From Eubacteriales bacterium (GTDB lineage Bacteria; Bacillota; Clostridia; Oscillospirales; QAKW01), in contig JAZQDW010000056.1 of the NCBI GenBank assembly GCA_045546995.1, positions 3,701-67,700 of the forward strand: a DNA stretch of 64,000 bases. The letters are read 5' to 3'. A program made the translations under genes and the position numbers. Each line of letters starts with the position of its first letter. Position 1 is the first letter of the stretch. Shown here in pieces: positions 18,949 to 31,900 of the stretch. The notes under the pieces were generated by a model. It had not been told where the DNA came from and searched no databases. It saw only the letters and a list, made by a program, of their open reading frames with translations.

Positions 18949-19212
18949 ATATTTGGCTGAATCAGAGGTTAAAACGAGGGACAACTTTCGTGAAATACAG
19001 TGCAATAATTAAGTATTTATCCGGTGTCTTTTCGAACATATCGATCAGGATTTATGCACAACGTTATGATCTCCGTTATCAAATATTGTCAAATGTTTTG
19101 ACAGATTATTAACTTTTTTCCGTCTGCATTGACTTGCATTGTGATTTGGGATATAATCCCAGTGTGAGAAATGTTTGTATTTGAATGCTTTTGAAAGAAG
19201 GAAAACATTAAA

Positions 19213-22200
19213 ATGTTAAGTTTGAAAAATATCACAAAGGATTATCAGGCGGGCACTACGGTGGTACAAGCGCTTAAGGGGGTTTCATTGGATTTCCGTA
19301 AAAGCGAGTTTGTTTCCATACTCGGCCCATCCGGCTGCGGTAAGACCACGATGCTGAATATTATCGGCGGTCTGGATCAATATACCCAGGGCGATCTTGT
19401 TATCAATGGTCGATCCACCAAGGATTTTAGGGATCGTGATTGGGACGGATACCGCAACCATTCGGTTGGCTTTGTTTTTCAAAGTTATAATTTGATCCCG
19501 CATCAATCCGTGCTGCAAAACGTCGAGCTGGCCCTCAGCCTGTCCGGCGTATCTAAAAGTGAACGGAGAAAACGTGCCAAAGCGGCGCTGGAGCGTGTGG
19601 GGCTCGGCGATCAGCTGAAGAAAAAGCCCAGTGAAATGTCCGGCGGACAGATGCAACGCGTTGCCATCGCACGCGCTATTGTAAACGATCCGGATATCAT
19701 TTTGGCGGACGAGCCTACCGGCGCTCTGGACAGTGAGACCAGTATTCAGGTTATGGAGATCCTTAAGGAGATCTCGGCCGATCGTTTGGTCATTATGGTT
19801 ACTCACAATCCTGATCTGGCTGAAAAATATTCTACCCGCATTGTTCGTATGCTGGACGGCGAGATCACCGATGACAGCGCTCCGTTGACGGAAGAGGAAC
19901 TGCAAACAGACGTAGCAGAAATGCCGGACAAAAAGAAGAGAAGACGGGAGAAAAAGCCGTCAATGTCTTTTGCCACTTCCTTTGGTCTGTCTTTGAAAAA
20001 TTTGTTTACAAAAAAAGGCCGTACCATCCTGACCTCCTTTGCCGGGAGCATTGGTATCATCGGTATTGCGTTGATTTTCGCCGTGTCCAACGGTATGACG
20101 GCATATATTAATATGGTGCAGGAGGATACGCTTACTTCTTATCCCTTGACGATCGAGGCGACCACCGTAGATATTAGCACGCTGATGAAAACCTTTATGG
20201 GTGTGGCTGAAGAAACAGAAAACGGTCACGAGAATGATAAGGTCTATTCCCAGTCGGTAATGGTAGATATGATTACGGCACTTAATAATCAGGAGGATAA
20301 AGAAAACGACCTTCGTTCTTTCAAATCTTATATAGAAAGCCAGCTTGCCAATGAGAATAGTACCTCCGGTTTGAAGGAGGCGCTCAACGGCGTACAGTAT
20401 ACCTATGATTTCGATCTGCAGGTTTATACCAAAGATGAAAACGGGGACGTCGTTTTCTCCGATACGGAGGAATTGCTCAGTAAGGCGCTTGCTGAAAATC
20501 TGGGTCTGGATACGGCGGCGATGATGAATGCCGGCGAAACCATGGGCTTTTCGATGGATTCATCGGCAATGGGTGGTATGATGGGCAGTCCCAAACTGTG
20601 GAACGAAATGCTGACGGGTAAGGACGGCTCAATGATCAGCCCGGTGCTGGAAAATCAGTATGACGTGGTGTATGGCTCTTGGCCCAATTCCAAGGAAGAG
20701 ATTGTTCTGGTGCTCAACGAGCGTAACGAGCTGGATGATCTGACCCTCTATGCTTTGGGTCTGGAAACCAAGGCGGAGATTGATGCCGTATTTGATGCGG
20801 TTAAGAATAAAGAAGAATATGAAACCAAGCAACGTACCTGGAGCTATAAGGAAATTTGCGACCTTGAGTTTCGTGTGGTACTGAATTCGGATTGTTTTAC
20901 GTTGGATGAAAAAACGGGATTGTATCAGGACCTGCGGGATACCGATTCCGGTTTGCGATATTTGTACGATAACGCTATGAAGTTGAAGGTCAGCGGCGTC
21001 ATCCGTCCCAGCGAGGATGCATCCTCTCATATGCTGACCGGCTCTATTGCCTACACCAAGGCGTTGACCGATCATTTGGTAGAAGAGGGAAAGAAGAAAG
21101 ATTCAATCAGCGCTCAGCTGGAGAAAAAGGATAAGGATATCTTCAGCGGTCTGCCCTTCAAATCCACGACCGGCAGTCTTTCAGATACTGAAAAGGAAAA
21201 AGAGTTCAGAAAGTATATCGAAGATCTGACCCAGGCGGAAAAGGCGGACACTTACGTTAAAATTATGAGTATTCCTGCGCAGGAGCAGGTTGATGCCGCT
21301 GTTCAGCAAGCCAAGGATTCGATGGATCGCGAACAAATGGAAGAACAAATGGCTCAGGCAATGGGGCAGCAGGTCGGCATGAATACCGAAGAGATCCGTA
21401 AATATATTTCGGAGATGAGCGATGAAGATCTGAATAAACTCATTGAGCAGATGGTCACTGAACGGATCAAGGCGGAAATGGCGGCGCAGGTGCAGGCGCA
21501 AATGGCATCGCTGCCGGACGTTCAATTGGCCACGGCCTTGGAGCTTGCTATGGCTGACTACACTGTCCAACAATGTGCTCAGTATTATGATGAAGTACTC
21601 GAGTTTTCCGAAAGCACCTATGAGGAAAATATGCGACAGTTGGGATACGTTGATCTGGACGAGCCTTCGACCATTAATTTGTATGCAGCCAGTTTCGAGG
21701 ATAAGGACGTTATTGAAGACGTAATCGCCAGCTATAACGATTCCGTTCCTGAACTTTCGCAAATTCACTATACCGATTACGTGGGCATTATGATGTCGTC
21801 TATCACAACGATCATCAACGCCATCTCTTACGTGCTGATTTCCTTCGTGGCCATTTCTTTGATCGTATCCTCCATTATGATTGGCGTTATCACGTTGATT
21901 TCGGTACAGGAACGTACTAAAGAGATTGGTATTTTGCGTGCCATCGGCGCATCCAAGAAAAACGTTTCCGGTATGTTTAATGCCGAAACGATGATTATCG
22001 GACTTGCGTCAGGCTTGTTAGGTGTTTTGATTACGTATTTGTTGTGTATTCCTATCAATGCGATCATTCAACACTTGACCGGTATCCCCAATCTTTCGGC
22101 ACAATTGCCCATTGAGATTGCGGCTGTTTTGGTGGTGATCAGTGTTTTGCTGACCTTGCTTGCGGGTATCATTCCGTCCCGCTCTGCCGCTAAAAAGGAT

Positions 22201-22227
22201 CCGGTTGTCGCTTTGCGCACAGAATAA
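19213..22227 (+). CDS. Fused ABC ATPase/permease, MacB/FtsX-like
   Basis: [27 protein letters not shown] + large extracellular domain; [14 protein letters not shown]; promoter TTGACT-N17-TATAAT at 19129-19157. Confidence 0.93.
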   Translation: MLSLKNITKDYQAGTTVVQALKGVSLDFRKSEFVSILGPSGCGKTTMLNIIGGLDQYTQGDLVINGRSTKDFRDRDWDGYRNHSVGFVFQSYNLIPHQSVLQNVELALSLSGVSKSERRKRAKAALERVGLGDQLKKKPSEMSGGQMQRVAIARAIVNDPDIILADEPTGALDSETSIQVMEILKEISADRLVIMVTHNPDLAEKYSTRIVRMLDGEITDDSAPLTEEELQTDVAEMPDKKKRRREKKPSMSFATSFGLSLKNLFTKKGRTILTSFAGSIGIIGIALIFAVSNGMTAYINMVQEDTLTSYPLTIEATTVDISTLMKTFMGVAEETENGHENDKVYSQSVMVDMITALNNQEDKENDLRSFKSYIESQLANENSTSGLKEALNGVQYTYDFDLQVYTKDENGDVVFSDTEELLSKALAENLGLDTAAMMNAGETMGFSMDSSAMGGMMGSPKLWNEMLTGKDGSMISPVLENQYDVVYGSWPNSKEEIVLVLNERNELDDLTLYALGLETKAEIDAVFDAVKNKEEYETKQRTWSYKEICDLEFRVVLNSDCFTLDEKTGLYQDLRDTDSGLRYLYDNAMKLKVSGVIRPSEDASSHMLTGSIAYTKALTDHLVEEGKKKDSISAQLEKKDKDIFSGLPFKSTTGSLSDTEKEKEFRKYIEDLTQAEKADTYVKIMSIPAQEQVDAAVQQAKDSMDREQMEEQMAQAMGQQVGMNTEEIRKYISEMSDEDLNKLIEQMVTERIKAEMAAQVQAQMASLPDVQLATALELAMADYTVQQCAQYYDEVLEFSESTYEENMRQLGYVDLDEPSTINLYAASFEDKDVIEDVIASYNDSVPELSQIHYTDYVGIMMSSITTIINAISYVLISFVAISLIVSSIMIGVITLISVQERTKEIGILRAIGASKKNVSGMFNAETMIIGLASGLLGVLITYLLCIPINAIIQHLTGIPNLSAQLPIEIAAVLVVISVLLTLLAGIIPSRSAAKKDPVVALRTE

Positions 22228-22266
22228 AAAATGACCTATGAAGCTTTGCTTCATAGGTCATTTTTT
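22226..22266. terminator. Bidirectional terminator
   Basis: AAAAAATGACCTATGAAGC-ttt-GCTTCATAGGTCATTTTTT between convergent genes. Confidence 0.85.
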
Positions 22267-23989
22267 AGTATCGCAGATAATAATCCAAAATGCCATCGGC
22301 GATGGCGCGTGCCAGCAATGATTTGTGGCTGTAGATCCAGTTGGCATAGCGGCTGTAGTCGTGATATTCGACCTCGATCAAAACGTTTGCCATTTTTGGG
22401 AACAGGATCTCTGTGTACGGCCCTGCTGCATAACTGTTATTTTTGATTCCGTTATCTTTGGTCGGTGTCAATGCGGAAATATAGCTGCTTGTCATTTTGG
22501 CCAGTTGCTCGCTGCCGGGATTGTTGGAATGATACACGATCGACCCCTGCCAATAACCATTATTTTGGGTGCCGCAGGCATTGGAATGAATTGCAACGTA
22601 AATATCGGCCTCCAATCGCTTGGCTTCAAAGGCACGGTCGACCAATTGCGTGTTTGTGTTGGCGGTATAAACCTGAAAACCCATTTCTTTTAACATGGGC
22701 GTTAGACGTGATGCAATGGCTTGCATCTGCGCTCCTTCATTGGTGTCGACACCGGTATAGGGGTTGTGCATTTGGCGGGAAGGGCTGAGATAGATCAGGG
22801 GTGGGGCAGTGATCAGATCGTTCAGTACGTACAATTTACTGTAGGCATTGTTCTTTTTGCCCTCATCTTGTCCCTCGTATGCCTTAACTGCGGTGCGATA
22901 AGCATCTTTTAATCGAGTGCGAAACACCTGGGGAACCGTGTCGATTTTTTGGATCAGCTTCCACGCTTTGGTGATCTGTCCGTACAGTATTTTGTCAATG
23001 TCAAAATCCATTCTGCGTGCGATCATTGCCATCATTTCTTCCCGAGTGATGCGGTGGGAAGGGTTGAGGTAGAGTTTGTTTCCGCGGGCGGAGCCATTGT
23101 AAAACTTGAAATAATTTACGGCAAGTGCCATATAAGGGCGTGCCCACGAGGCGATCGTTTTTTGATCGGCAAAGGAACTCAATTTCTTTTCGTAGGTACT
23201 TTTGTTTTTTTGATACAATGATGTGGCGGAGCTCTGATTTCCGGTTTTTAACAAAAGGAGATTTACCATGATGACGGCTACTTCCTGACGGGAAACGTGC
23301 TTATCTCCGCGAAAATAATATTTTCCGTTCTCTTTGTGGCCGCTTATGATGCCCAGAGTTGCCAGCGCATAGGCCGCCGGACGGGCCCATTGGATCGGCG
23401 TATCTTCAAATTTGACGGAATCAGTCGAAAATTTGGCGCAATCAAGTCCTAAAAACCTGGCCGAAACGGTAGCAATCTCGTTGCGCGTCATAAAGGCGCG
23501 TGGGGTTGCATTACCGAATTGGTCGCCCAATATGATCCCCATACCTTCCTCGTTGCAATAATTGAGATAGGGTAACGACCAGACGGAAATATCGATCTCG
23601 TCCTTGTAGTCTGTTGGAGTGCGTGGGGAGATTAATTGCAGGGTATATTGTTGGGTATCATTGATTGTAACGTATAAATAGGTATATTTTTGTGTGAGAT
23701 TTACACTTACTTTTTGACTATCATTGAGTGAGACGGGCTGTTGCTTGCAAGGGGCGGCATAAATTCTGGCGCGTTTGCCGAATTGTTGCGTGATTTTTAA
23801 TACGGCTGTGCTTGTGTTTTCCGGATAGGTAATCTTTAGGGTGTTGTTAGCCCTATCTACGGTAGTTTTGGCTCCCTCTGCCGTTACCGTAAAAGGAAAG
23901 ACGGAGACGGCGAAAGAACTGAAACTACATGTGGAAAGCAACAAGCACAACAGCATAAGCAGAGTGATTGTACGTCGTGACTGTTTCAA
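22265..23989 (-). CDS. Secreted SLH-domain protein with C-terminal Amidase_3-type N-acetylmuramoyl-L-alanine amidase
   Basis: Signal peptide; SLH motifs MTRNEIA, VSRQEVA, ITREEMM; amidase IYLSPS, LVDRAFEA, VAIHSNA, LIEVEYHD. Confidence 0.82.
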   Translation of the reverse strand: MKQSRRTITLLMLLCLLLSTCSFSSFAVSVFPFTVTAEGAKTTVDRANNTLKITYPENTSTAVLKITQQFGKRARIYAAPCKQQPVSLNDSQKVSVNLTQKYTYLYVTINDTQQYTLQLISPRTPTDYKDEIDISVWSLPYLNYCNEEGMGIILGDQFGNATPRAFMTRNEIATVSARFLGLDCAKFSTDSVKFEDTPIQWARPAAYALATLGIISGHKENGKYYFRGDKHVSRQEVAVIMVNLLLLKTGNQSSATSLYQKNKSTYEKKLSSFADQKTIASWARPYMALAVNYFKFYNGSARGNKLYLNPSHRITREEMMAMIARRMDFDIDKILYGQITKAWKLIQKIDTVPQVFRTRLKDAYRTAVKAYEGQDEGKKNNAYSKLYVLNDLITAPPLIYLSPSRQMHNPYTGVDTNEGAQMQAIASRLTPMLKEMGFQVYTANTNTQLVDRAFEAKRLEADIYVAIHSNACGTQNNGYWQGSIVYHSNNPGSEQLAKMTSSYISALTPTKDNGIKNNSYAAGPYTEILFPKMANVLIEVEYHDYSRYANWIYSHKSLLARAIADGILDYYLRY

Positions 23990-24012
23990 TTAAAACTCCT
24001 TCATATTATATA

Positions 24013-25041
24013 TTATTTGGACAAAACGTCGACAATGGTTACGGCGACCGCCGCGCGAACCAGCTTGCACATTTCTGTCATATCGCAGGTCTTGATGTTG
24101 GTAAAGGGTGGTAGGATTATATCCCGTTGCTCGCTTCGATGTACGGTGGATTGCTTTTGTCCGATGGCAGGGGAGGGAGCAAAGGTGACGCGGGTCAGCA
24201 AAGGCATGCCGTTGCTGATACCTCCTTGCACGCCGCCGCAATGGTTGGTCTTGGTGGAGATCTGCCCTTTCAATGTATCAACGAAGGGAACGTCGTTGTA
24301 AGTGGCACCACTCATCAATCCACTGCTTGTCCCGGCACCGAATTCAACGGCGGTCACACGGGGCAGGGAAAACAGCATGGATGCCACCTGTCCGTTCAAA
24401 CCTGCAAATACAGGATCGCCGAGTCCTGCGGGAAGCCCCAATACGGCACATTCGATCTGACCGCCGATGGTATCACCCGCATTTTCAATTTGGGCAATTT
24501 TCAGAGTCATCAACATCTCTTTGCGCTTGTCCAAAACGGGCAATGCTCCTTTGATGTTGCCAAACACCCGTTCCGGCTCGGCCACGTTTTCAAAGGATTC
24601 GTCTTGCACTTCGCCGATGCTGAAGATGTGCGAATACACACGGATCTGTTTGGTTTCCAGCAATTGCTCCGCCAGCGCTCCTGCAAACAGCAGGGGCGGG
24701 GCTGCCTGCTCGGCAAGATGTCCCTCGCCACGCAGCTCGGGATGAGAGGATGATTTTTTATATTCACCGATGTCGGCAAAACCGGGGCGCAACACCTGCG
24801 GAGTGATGGGCATATCGGTTTGCGGTGTCGAAACGGGCGGGAATATGGCAGTCAGAGGCGTGCCGGATGTTTTATCCTTGTGTACACCGCTTAATAATTT
24901 AAACGGACCAACGGTATCGCTGAGCGACTTAATGTCGATGGGCAGACCAACCGGCAGACCTTCGATTACAACGCCTACGCCGTTGCTTTGCGCATCGCCG
25001 AAAACGGAAAGGGTAAAATGCTTGCCGAAATGAGATGACAT
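24013..25041 (-). CDS. Chorismate-synthase-fold protein with degenerate active site
   Basis: AroC scaffold (GVVIEGLP, LSGV...TSGTP, GDTIGGQIE, VEFGAG, TNHCGGVQGGISNGMP) but catalytic motifs altered; RBS GGAGG, intact ORF. Confidence 0.8.
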   Translation of the reverse strand: MSSHFGKHFTLSVFGDAQSNGVGVVIEGLPVGLPIDIKSLSDTVGPFKLLSGVHKDKTSGTPLTAIFPPVSTPQTDMPITPQVLRPGFADIGEYKKSSSHPELRGEGHLAEQAAPPLLFAGALAEQLLETKQIRVYSHIFSIGEVQDESFENVAEPERVFGNIKGALPVLDKRKEMLMTLKIAQIENAGDTIGGQIECAVLGLPAGLGDPVFAGLNGQVASMLFSLPRVTAVEFGAGTSSGLMSGATYNDVPFVDTLKGQISTKTNHCGGVQGGISNGMPLLTRVTFAPSPAIGQKQSTVHRSEQRDIILPPFTNIKTCDMTEMCKLVRAAVAVTIVDVLSK

Positions 25042-25129
25042 ATTGTTTCCTCCAACTTAAAAATTACTTTACTATTTTATAACTAATCTTATAAAATGTC
25101 AAATCTCTTGATTTTTTTAAATTTTGGTA

Positions 25130-25158
25130 TTGACTTGTGTGGAAAGGCGTGATAGAAT
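25130..25158 (+). promoter_or_regulatory. sigmaA promoter of rpoB
   Basis: TTGACT-N17-TAGAAT with extended TG. Confidence 0.7.
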
Positions 25159-25316
25159 ATTATACTGTATCATAATGGATTATAATGCCTTTGATATACC
25201 ATTTTTGGTTTTTTAAGGGAATTTGATTCATTAAAAAATGTGTTAGAAAATGCGTCGGAAAGGGGCTGACACACTCTTTTCGTCACGTTGTAAAAAGAAA
25301 TGGAGTGAGCGTTTTT

Positions 25317-28300
25317 ATGGTGAAAGAACAAGTCTTGGGCAAGACTACCAGAATGAGCTTTCAAAAGATCACAGAGGCACTCGAAATGCCGAACCTCATT
25401 GAGATCCAGAAAAAATCGTATCAATGGTTTTTGAAAGAGGGTCTGAAAGAGGTATTTCGTGATGTTTCTTCCATCACGGATTATTCGGGCAATTTGGTGC
25501 TGGACTTTCTGGATTACACCATGGACGAAGAACCGAAATATTCGGTCATCGAGTGCAAGGTCAGGGATGCCACTTATGCCGCCCCGATCAAGGCTAAGGT
25601 GCGGTTGACCAATAATGAAACCGGTGAATTGAAAGAGCAAGAGATCTTTATGGGTGATTTCCCCATCATGACCGACAGCGGTACCTTTATCATTAACGGC
25701 GCCGAGCGTGTTGTGGTTTCTCAGCTGGTTCGTTCTCCCGGCATCTATTACACCACTGAAATGGACAAGGCCGGTAATCCCATCTTCAAGACCACGGTGA
25801 TTCCCAACAGAGGCGCTTGGTTGGAATATGAGACTGATTCTTCCGGTGTTTTCTACGTTCGAATTGATAAAAACCGCAAACTGCCGGTAACCACTTTCCT
25901 GCGTGCCGTTGGCTTTGCTAAGGATCAGGAAATTTTGGATACCTTTGGCAGCGGTGAACTGATCACCAAAACTTTGGAGAAAGATACCGCTCACGACAGT
26001 GATGAGGGTTTGATCGAAGTTTACAAAAAGTTGCGTCCCGGCGAGCCGCCCACAGTGGAAAGCGCCGTGACCCACTTGAACAATCTGTTCTTTGATGAGA
26101 AGCGTTACGATCTGTCCAAGGTCGGCCGTTTCAAATATAATAAAAAGTTGGCTTTGGGTGCTCGTCTGATCGGCTGCACTCTGGCTGAAAACGCCATTGC
26201 CCCCATGACCGGCGAGATTATTGCCACCGAGGGCGAAAAGATCAACAAAACCACCGCTATGGCCATTGAGGAAAGCGGTATTTCCCGTATCGACGTTATG
26301 GTTGGCGACAGCCGTGTCAGCGTGTTCTCCAACGGTATGGTCGATATGAGCAAATTTGTCGGATTTGATCCCGCAGAGTGCGGCATTACCGAAAAGGTAC
26401 GTTTTTCCGTTCTGCAGGAAATCCTGGAAAGCTGTGACAGTGATGACGCTATCAAGGCTGCCGTCAGCGAGCGTATGGGTGAACTGGTTCCCAAGACCAT
26501 CATCTATGATGATATGTTCTCCTCCATCAACTATTTGATCTGCCTGTCTTATGGTATCGGTGTCAATGATGATATCGACCATTTGGGTAACCGTCGTATT
26601 CGCTGTGTCGGCGAACTGCTGCAAAATCAGTTCCGTATCGGCTTTGCCCGTATGGAGCGTACGATTAAAGAAAGAATGTCTCTGCAGGATCTGGACGTTG
26701 TAACTCCGCAGGCATTGATCAACGTTCGCCCCGTTGTTGCTGCAATCAAAGAATTCTTCGGTTCTTCTCCGTTGTCTCAGTTTATGGATCAGACCAACCC
26801 CTTGGCTGAACTGACCCATAAGAGAAGACTCTCTGCCCTCGGTCCCGGCGGTTTGTCCCGTGACCGTGCCGGTTTTGAGGTTCGTGACGTTCACTATACC
26901 CATTACGGCAGAATGTGCCCCATCGAGACCCCTGAAGGTCCCAACATCGGTTTGATTTCTTATCTTGCTTCCTTTGCCCGCATCAATGATTACGGCTTTA
27001 TTGAGGCGCCTTATCTGAAGATTGATAAGGAAACCGGTAAGGTCACCGATGTCATTGAGTATATGACCGCCGACGTGGAAGACAACTATATCGTTGCACA
27101 GGCCAATGAGGCACTGGATGATGAGGGTCGTTTCGTGTCCGAGCAGGTTACTGCCCGTCGCCGCGAAGAGATCATCGAGATCGAGCGTGAAAAGATCGAC
27201 TATATGGACGTTTCACCCAAGATGATGGTTTCCGTTGCTACGGCAATGATTCCCTTCTTGGAGAACGACGACGCCAACCGTGCTTTGATGGGTGCGAACA
27301 TGCAGCGTCAGGCTGTGCCGTTGCTCAAAACGCAGGCGCCTATCGTTGGTACCGGCATGGAATATAAGACTGCTCATGACAGCGGTGTTTGTGTTTTGGC
27401 CAAGCGTGACGGTATCGTTGAATATGTCAGCGCCGATAAGATCGTGCTCAATTACGGTAAGGGCGAGAAGGAAACCTATGAACTGGTTAAATTCCTGCGT
27501 TCCAACCAGGGCACCTGTATCAATCAGCGCCCCATCGTTGAGGTAGGGGAGAAGGTCAAGGCCAGCCAGATCATTGCTGACGGTCCTTCCACCTGCAATG
27601 GTGAGATCGCACTGGGTAAGAATGCCTTGATCGGTTTTATTACCTGGGAAGGTTACAACTACGAGGACGCCGTTCTGCTGAACGAGAATTTGGTGAAGGA
27701 CGACGTATATACCTCTATTCATATTGAAGAGTATGAAATCGAGGCCAGAAGCACCAAACTGGGTCCGGAAGAGATCACTCGTGATATTCCCAACGTGGGT
27801 GATGATGCTCTGAAGGATCTGGACGAGCGTGGTATTATCCGCATCGGCGCTGAGGTTCGCAGCGGCGACATTCTGGTCGGTCGTGTTACCCCCAAGGGCG
27901 AGACCGAACTGACCGCTGAGGAAAAATTGCTGCGCGCTATCTTTGGTGAAAAGGCCAGAGAAGTCCGTGATACCTCTTTGAAGGTGCCGCACGGCGAATA
28001 CGGTGTCATTGTTGACATCAAGGTATTCACCCAGGAGAATTCCGATGAGCTGTCTCCCGGTGTAAATAAAGTTGTACGAGTTTATATTGCTCAGAAGAGA
28101 AAGATTCAGGTAGGCGATAAGATGGCAGGTCGTCACGGTAACAAGGGTGTTATTTCCCGTGTTCTGCCGCAGGAGGATATGCCTTATTTGCCGGATGGCA
28201 CGCCGCTGGATATCGTTCTCAACCCCTTGGGCGTACCTTCTCGTATGAATATCGGTCAGGTGCTGGAGGTCCATCTGGGCTATGCCGCAAGAGCGCTTGG

Positions 28301-28976
28301 CTGGAAGATCATGACTCCGGTATTTGACGGTGCTTCCGAGGCTGACATTCGTCAGTGCCTGAAGAAGGCCGGTCTCCGAGAAGACGGTAAGAGCATTCTG
28401 TACGATGGTCGTACCGGTCTGCCTTTTGATAATCCTGTTACCATCGGTGTTATGTACTACCTCAAACTCCATCATCTGGTTGATGATAAGATCCATGCCC
28501 GTTCCACCGGTCCTTACTCACTAGTTACCCAGCAGCCTTTGGGCGGTAAAGCTCAATTCGGCGGACAGAGATTCGGTGAAATGGAAGTTTGGGCACTGGA
28601 AGCTTACGGTGCCGCCTACACTCTGCAGGAGATCCTGACCGTTAAATCTGACGACGTTGTGGGTCGTGTCAAAACCTACGAAGCGATCGTGAAGGGTCAA
28701 AACGTGCCCACCCCGGGTATTCCCGAATCCTTTAAGGTTTTGGTCAAGGAATTGCAGGCATTGGGTCTGGACTTCAAGGTCCTCTCCAAGGATCTGGAGG
28801 AGATCGATCTCAAAGAAACCTTTGCGGATGACGACGATCTCTACAGCGATCATTATAAGAAGGATATGGGCGGCGACGTTGCTGTTGATTCTGAAATTCA
28901 GGCCGGTTTCAGCCTGGAGGACGAGAATGGCGATCCTATTATGGACGAAGCCGCAGACGAGGATTTTGAAGACTAA
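25317..28976 (+). CDS. rpoB: RNA polymerase beta subunit
   Basis: [55 protein letters not shown]. Confidence 0.99.
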   Translation: MVKEQVLGKTTRMSFQKITEALEMPNLIEIQKKSYQWFLKEGLKEVFRDVSSITDYSGNLVLDFLDYTMDEEPKYSVIECKVRDATYAAPIKAKVRLTNNETGELKEQEIFMGDFPIMTDSGTFIINGAERVVVSQLVRSPGIYYTTEMDKAGNPIFKTTVIPNRGAWLEYETDSSGVFYVRIDKNRKLPVTTFLRAVGFAKDQEILDTFGSGELITKTLEKDTAHDSDEGLIEVYKKLRPGEPPTVESAVTHLNNLFFDEKRYDLSKVGRFKYNKKLALGARLIGCTLAENAIAPMTGEIIATEGEKINKTTAMAIEESGISRIDVMVGDSRVSVFSNGMVDMSKFVGFDPAECGITEKVRFSVLQEILESCDSDDAIKAAVSERMGELVPKTIIYDDMFSSINYLICLSYGIGVNDDIDHLGNRRIRCVGELLQNQFRIGFARMERTIKERMSLQDLDVVTPQALINVRPVVAAIKEFFGSSPLSQFMDQTNPLAELTHKRRLSALGPGGLSRDRAGFEVRDVHYTHYGRMCPIETPEGPNIGLISYLASFARINDYGFIEAPYLKIDKETGKVTDVIEYMTADVEDNYIVAQANEALDDEGRFVSEQVTARRREEIIEIEREKIDYMDVSPKMMVSVATAMIPFLENDDANRALMGANMQRQAVPLLKTQAPIVGTGMEYKTAHDSGVCVLAKRDGIVEYVSADKIVLNYGKGEKETYELVKFLRSNQGTCINQRPIVEVGEKVKASQIIADGPSTCNGEIALGKNALIGFITWEGYNYEDAVLLNENLVKDDVYTSIHIEEYEIEARSTKLGPEEITRDIPNVGDDALKDLDERGIIRIGAEVRSGDILVGRVTPKGETELTAEEKLLRAIFGEKAREVRDTSLKVPHGEYGVIVDIKVFTQENSDELSPGVNKVVRVYIAQKRKIQVGDKMAGRHGNKGVISRVLPQEDMPYLPDGTPLDIVLNPLGVPSRMNIGQVLEVHLGYAARALGWKIMTPVFDGASEADIRQCLKKAGLREDGKSILYDGRTGLPFDNPVTIGVMYYLKLHHLVDDKIHARSTGPYSLVTQQPLGGKAQFGGQRFGEMEVWALEAYGAAYTLQEILTVKSDDVVGRVKTYEAIVKGQNVPTPGIPESFKVLVKELQALGLDFKVLSKDLEEIDLKETFADDDDLYSDHYKKDMGGDVAVDSEIQAGFSLEDENGDPIMDEAADEDFED

Positions 28977-28997
28977 TTTTGAAAGGAGCCGGAACTA

Positions 28998-31900
28998 ATG
29001 GAATTTAATGCTTTTGAAGCAATAAAAATCGGCCTTGCCTCTCCCGATAAGATCAGAGAATGGTCTTACGGCGAGGTAAAGAAGCCCGAAACCATCAACT
29101 ACAGAACCTTAAAGCCTGAAAAAGAAGGCTTGTTCTGTGAAAAAATATTCGGACCTACCAAAGACTGGGAATGCCATTGCGGTAAGTATAAAAGAATCCG
29201 CTATAAGGGCAAGGTTTGCGACAAGTGCGGTGTAGAGGTTACCCGTGCAAAAGTTCGTAGAGAAAGAATGGGCCACATCGAGCTGGCAACACCCGTTTCT
29301 CATATCTGGTATTTCAAGGGAATCCCTGCCAGAATGGGCCTGATGCTGGACATGACCCCCAAGGATCTTGAAAAAGTTCTGTATTTCGATTCTTATATCA
29401 TTGTCGATCCCGGCGATACGCCTTTGATGAAAAAGCAGATCGTTACCGACCGTGAGTATATGGAACTGCAGGAAAGATACGAGGACGATTTCCGTGCCGG
29501 AATGGGCGCCGAGGCCATTAAGGAATTATTGGCCGAGATCGATCTGGAGGAGCTTGCCACCGAGCTGCGAGAAGAGTTTGAGACCGCCACCGGTCAAAAA
29601 CGCGCAAGACTGGCCAAGAGAATCGAGGTTGTTGAGGCGTTCCGTCAATCCGGGAACCGTCCCGAGTGGATGATTCTGGATGTCATTCCCGTAATTCCTC
29701 CGGATATTCGTCCTATGGTTCAGTTGGACGGCGGCAGATTTGCCACCTCCGACCTGAACGATCTGTACCGTCGTGTTATCAACCGCAACAACCGTCTGAA
29801 GAGACTGCTGGAGTTGGGTGCGCCCGACGTAATCGTACGTAATGAAAAGCGTATTCTGCAGCAGGCCGTCGATGCTTTGATTGATAATGGCCGCCGCGGA
29901 CGTCCCGTAACCGGTCAAAATAACCGTCCTTTGAAATCCCTTTCCGATATGCTGAAGGGCAAACAGGGCCGTTTTCGTCAGAACTTGCTGGGCAAGCGTG
30001 TCGACTACTCTGGTCGTTCGGTTATCGTTGTCGGTCCCGAACTGAAGATTTATCAGTGCGGTCTGCCCAAGGAAATGGCAATCGAGCTGTTCAAGCCCTT
30101 TGTTATGAAGAAATTGGTTGCTGACGGTCTGGCCACGAACATCAAATCCGCCAAGAAAATGGTGGAAAAACTGCGTACCGAGGTTTGGGATGCGCTGGAT
30201 GCTGTTATCAAGGAGCATCCTGTTATGCTCAACCGTGCGCCCACCTTGCATCGTCTCGGTATTCAGGCATTTGAACCCGTATTGGTCGAGGGTAGAGCAC
30301 TGAAACTGCATCCCTTGGTATGTACCGCCTTCAACGCCGACTTTGACGGTGACCAGATGGCTGTACACGTACCCTTGAGCGCTGAGGCGCAGGCGGAAGC
30401 CAGATTTTTGATGTTGTCTGCCAACAACCTGCTCAAACCCCAGGACGGCCGTCCCGTTGCGGTTCCTACGCAGGATATGGTACTCGGTTCTTACTACCTC
30501 ACTATTATTAAAGAGGATGAGCCCGGCGCGGGCAAAGCCTTTAAGGATGTTGACGAAGCCAAGCTTGCCTATGATGTCGGCGCCATCGGTCTGCACGCAC
30601 CCATCAAGGTTCGTATGACTAAAGAGGTGGATGGCGAGAAGAGAAGCGGTATCATCGAGACCACCATCGGTAAGCTGATCTTCAACCAGCCCATTCCGCA
30701 GGATCTGGGCTTTGTAGATCGTAGCAAACCCGAAAATGAGTTTGCTCTTGAGGTCGATTTCCTCGTCACCAAGGGTGGACTCAATAAGATCGTTGATCGT
30801 TGCATCCGTGTTCACGGTTCTACCGAGACCGCTGAGATTCTGGATGCCATCAAGGCTCAGGGTTATAAGTTCTCCACCCGTGGTGCCATCACCGTTTCCT
30901 GCGCGGATATGAGTGTTCCGCCCGAAAAGGAAGCTTTGATTGCCGAGGCAGAGGAGAAGGTTGCCAAGATTACCAGAGATTATCGCCGTGGTAAGATGAC
31001 CGACGAGGGTCGTTACAGAATGGTTATTGACACCTGGAACGACACCACCAAATTGGTTACCGATGCACTGCAGCAGAATCTTGATGAGTTCAACCCCATC
31101 TTTATGATGGCAAATTCCGGTGCTCGTGGTTCTATGAACCAGATCCGTCAGTTGGCCGGTATGCGTGGTCTGATGGCCAACACCTCCGGTAAAGCGATCG
31201 AAATTCCCATTCGTGCCAACTTCCGTGAAGGCTTGAACGTAATTGAATATTTCATTTCCTCCAGAGGTGCCCGTAAGGGTATGGCTGATACCGCTCTGAG
31301 AACTGCTGACTCGGGTTATTTGACCCGTCGTCTGGTTGACGTTTCTCAGGAGGTTATTATCCGCGAACAGGATTGTGGTAGCAAACAGGGTATTATGGTT
31401 TGTGACATCGTCGAGGGCGGCGGTATCATCGAAGGCATGAAGGACCGTCTGTTGGGCAGATACCTTGTCAATGACTTTGTTGATCCCGCTACCGGTGAGG
31501 TACTGGTATCCAACGAAAAAATGATGGATGAGGATGATGCGGCCAAGATCATTGCCACCGGCGTGACCGAGGTTGAGATTCGTTCCACCCTGACCTGTCA
31601 CCTGATGCACGGTGTTTGCGCCAAGTGTTACGGCGCCAATATGGCCAACGGTAAAGGCGTTAACGTTGGTGAGGCTGTCGGTATCATCGCTGCTCAGTCC
31701 ATTGGCGAACCCGGTACCCAGCTTACTATGCGTACCTTCCATACCGGTGGTGTTGCATCTGCCGAAGATATCACCCAGGGTCTTCCCAGAGTTGAAGAAC
31801 TCTTTGAGGGCCGCAAACCTAAAAAGACCGCGATTCTTGCCGAAGATGAGGGTATTTTGACCACAGAGGATGAGGGCAATATCAAACGTGCCACCATCCG

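Noticed and set aside
19033..19046. CGAACATATCGATC as a LexA box
   Set aside because: Only one half-site matches and the downstream gene is not damage related
25160..25316. Structured rpoB leader as a riboswitch
   Set aside because: Only weak AU/GU-rich hairpins; no known aptamer landmarks
26760..26860. Rifampicin-resistance substitutions in the RpoB cluster I region
   Set aside because: Sequence [22 protein letters not shown] is the usual sensitive type
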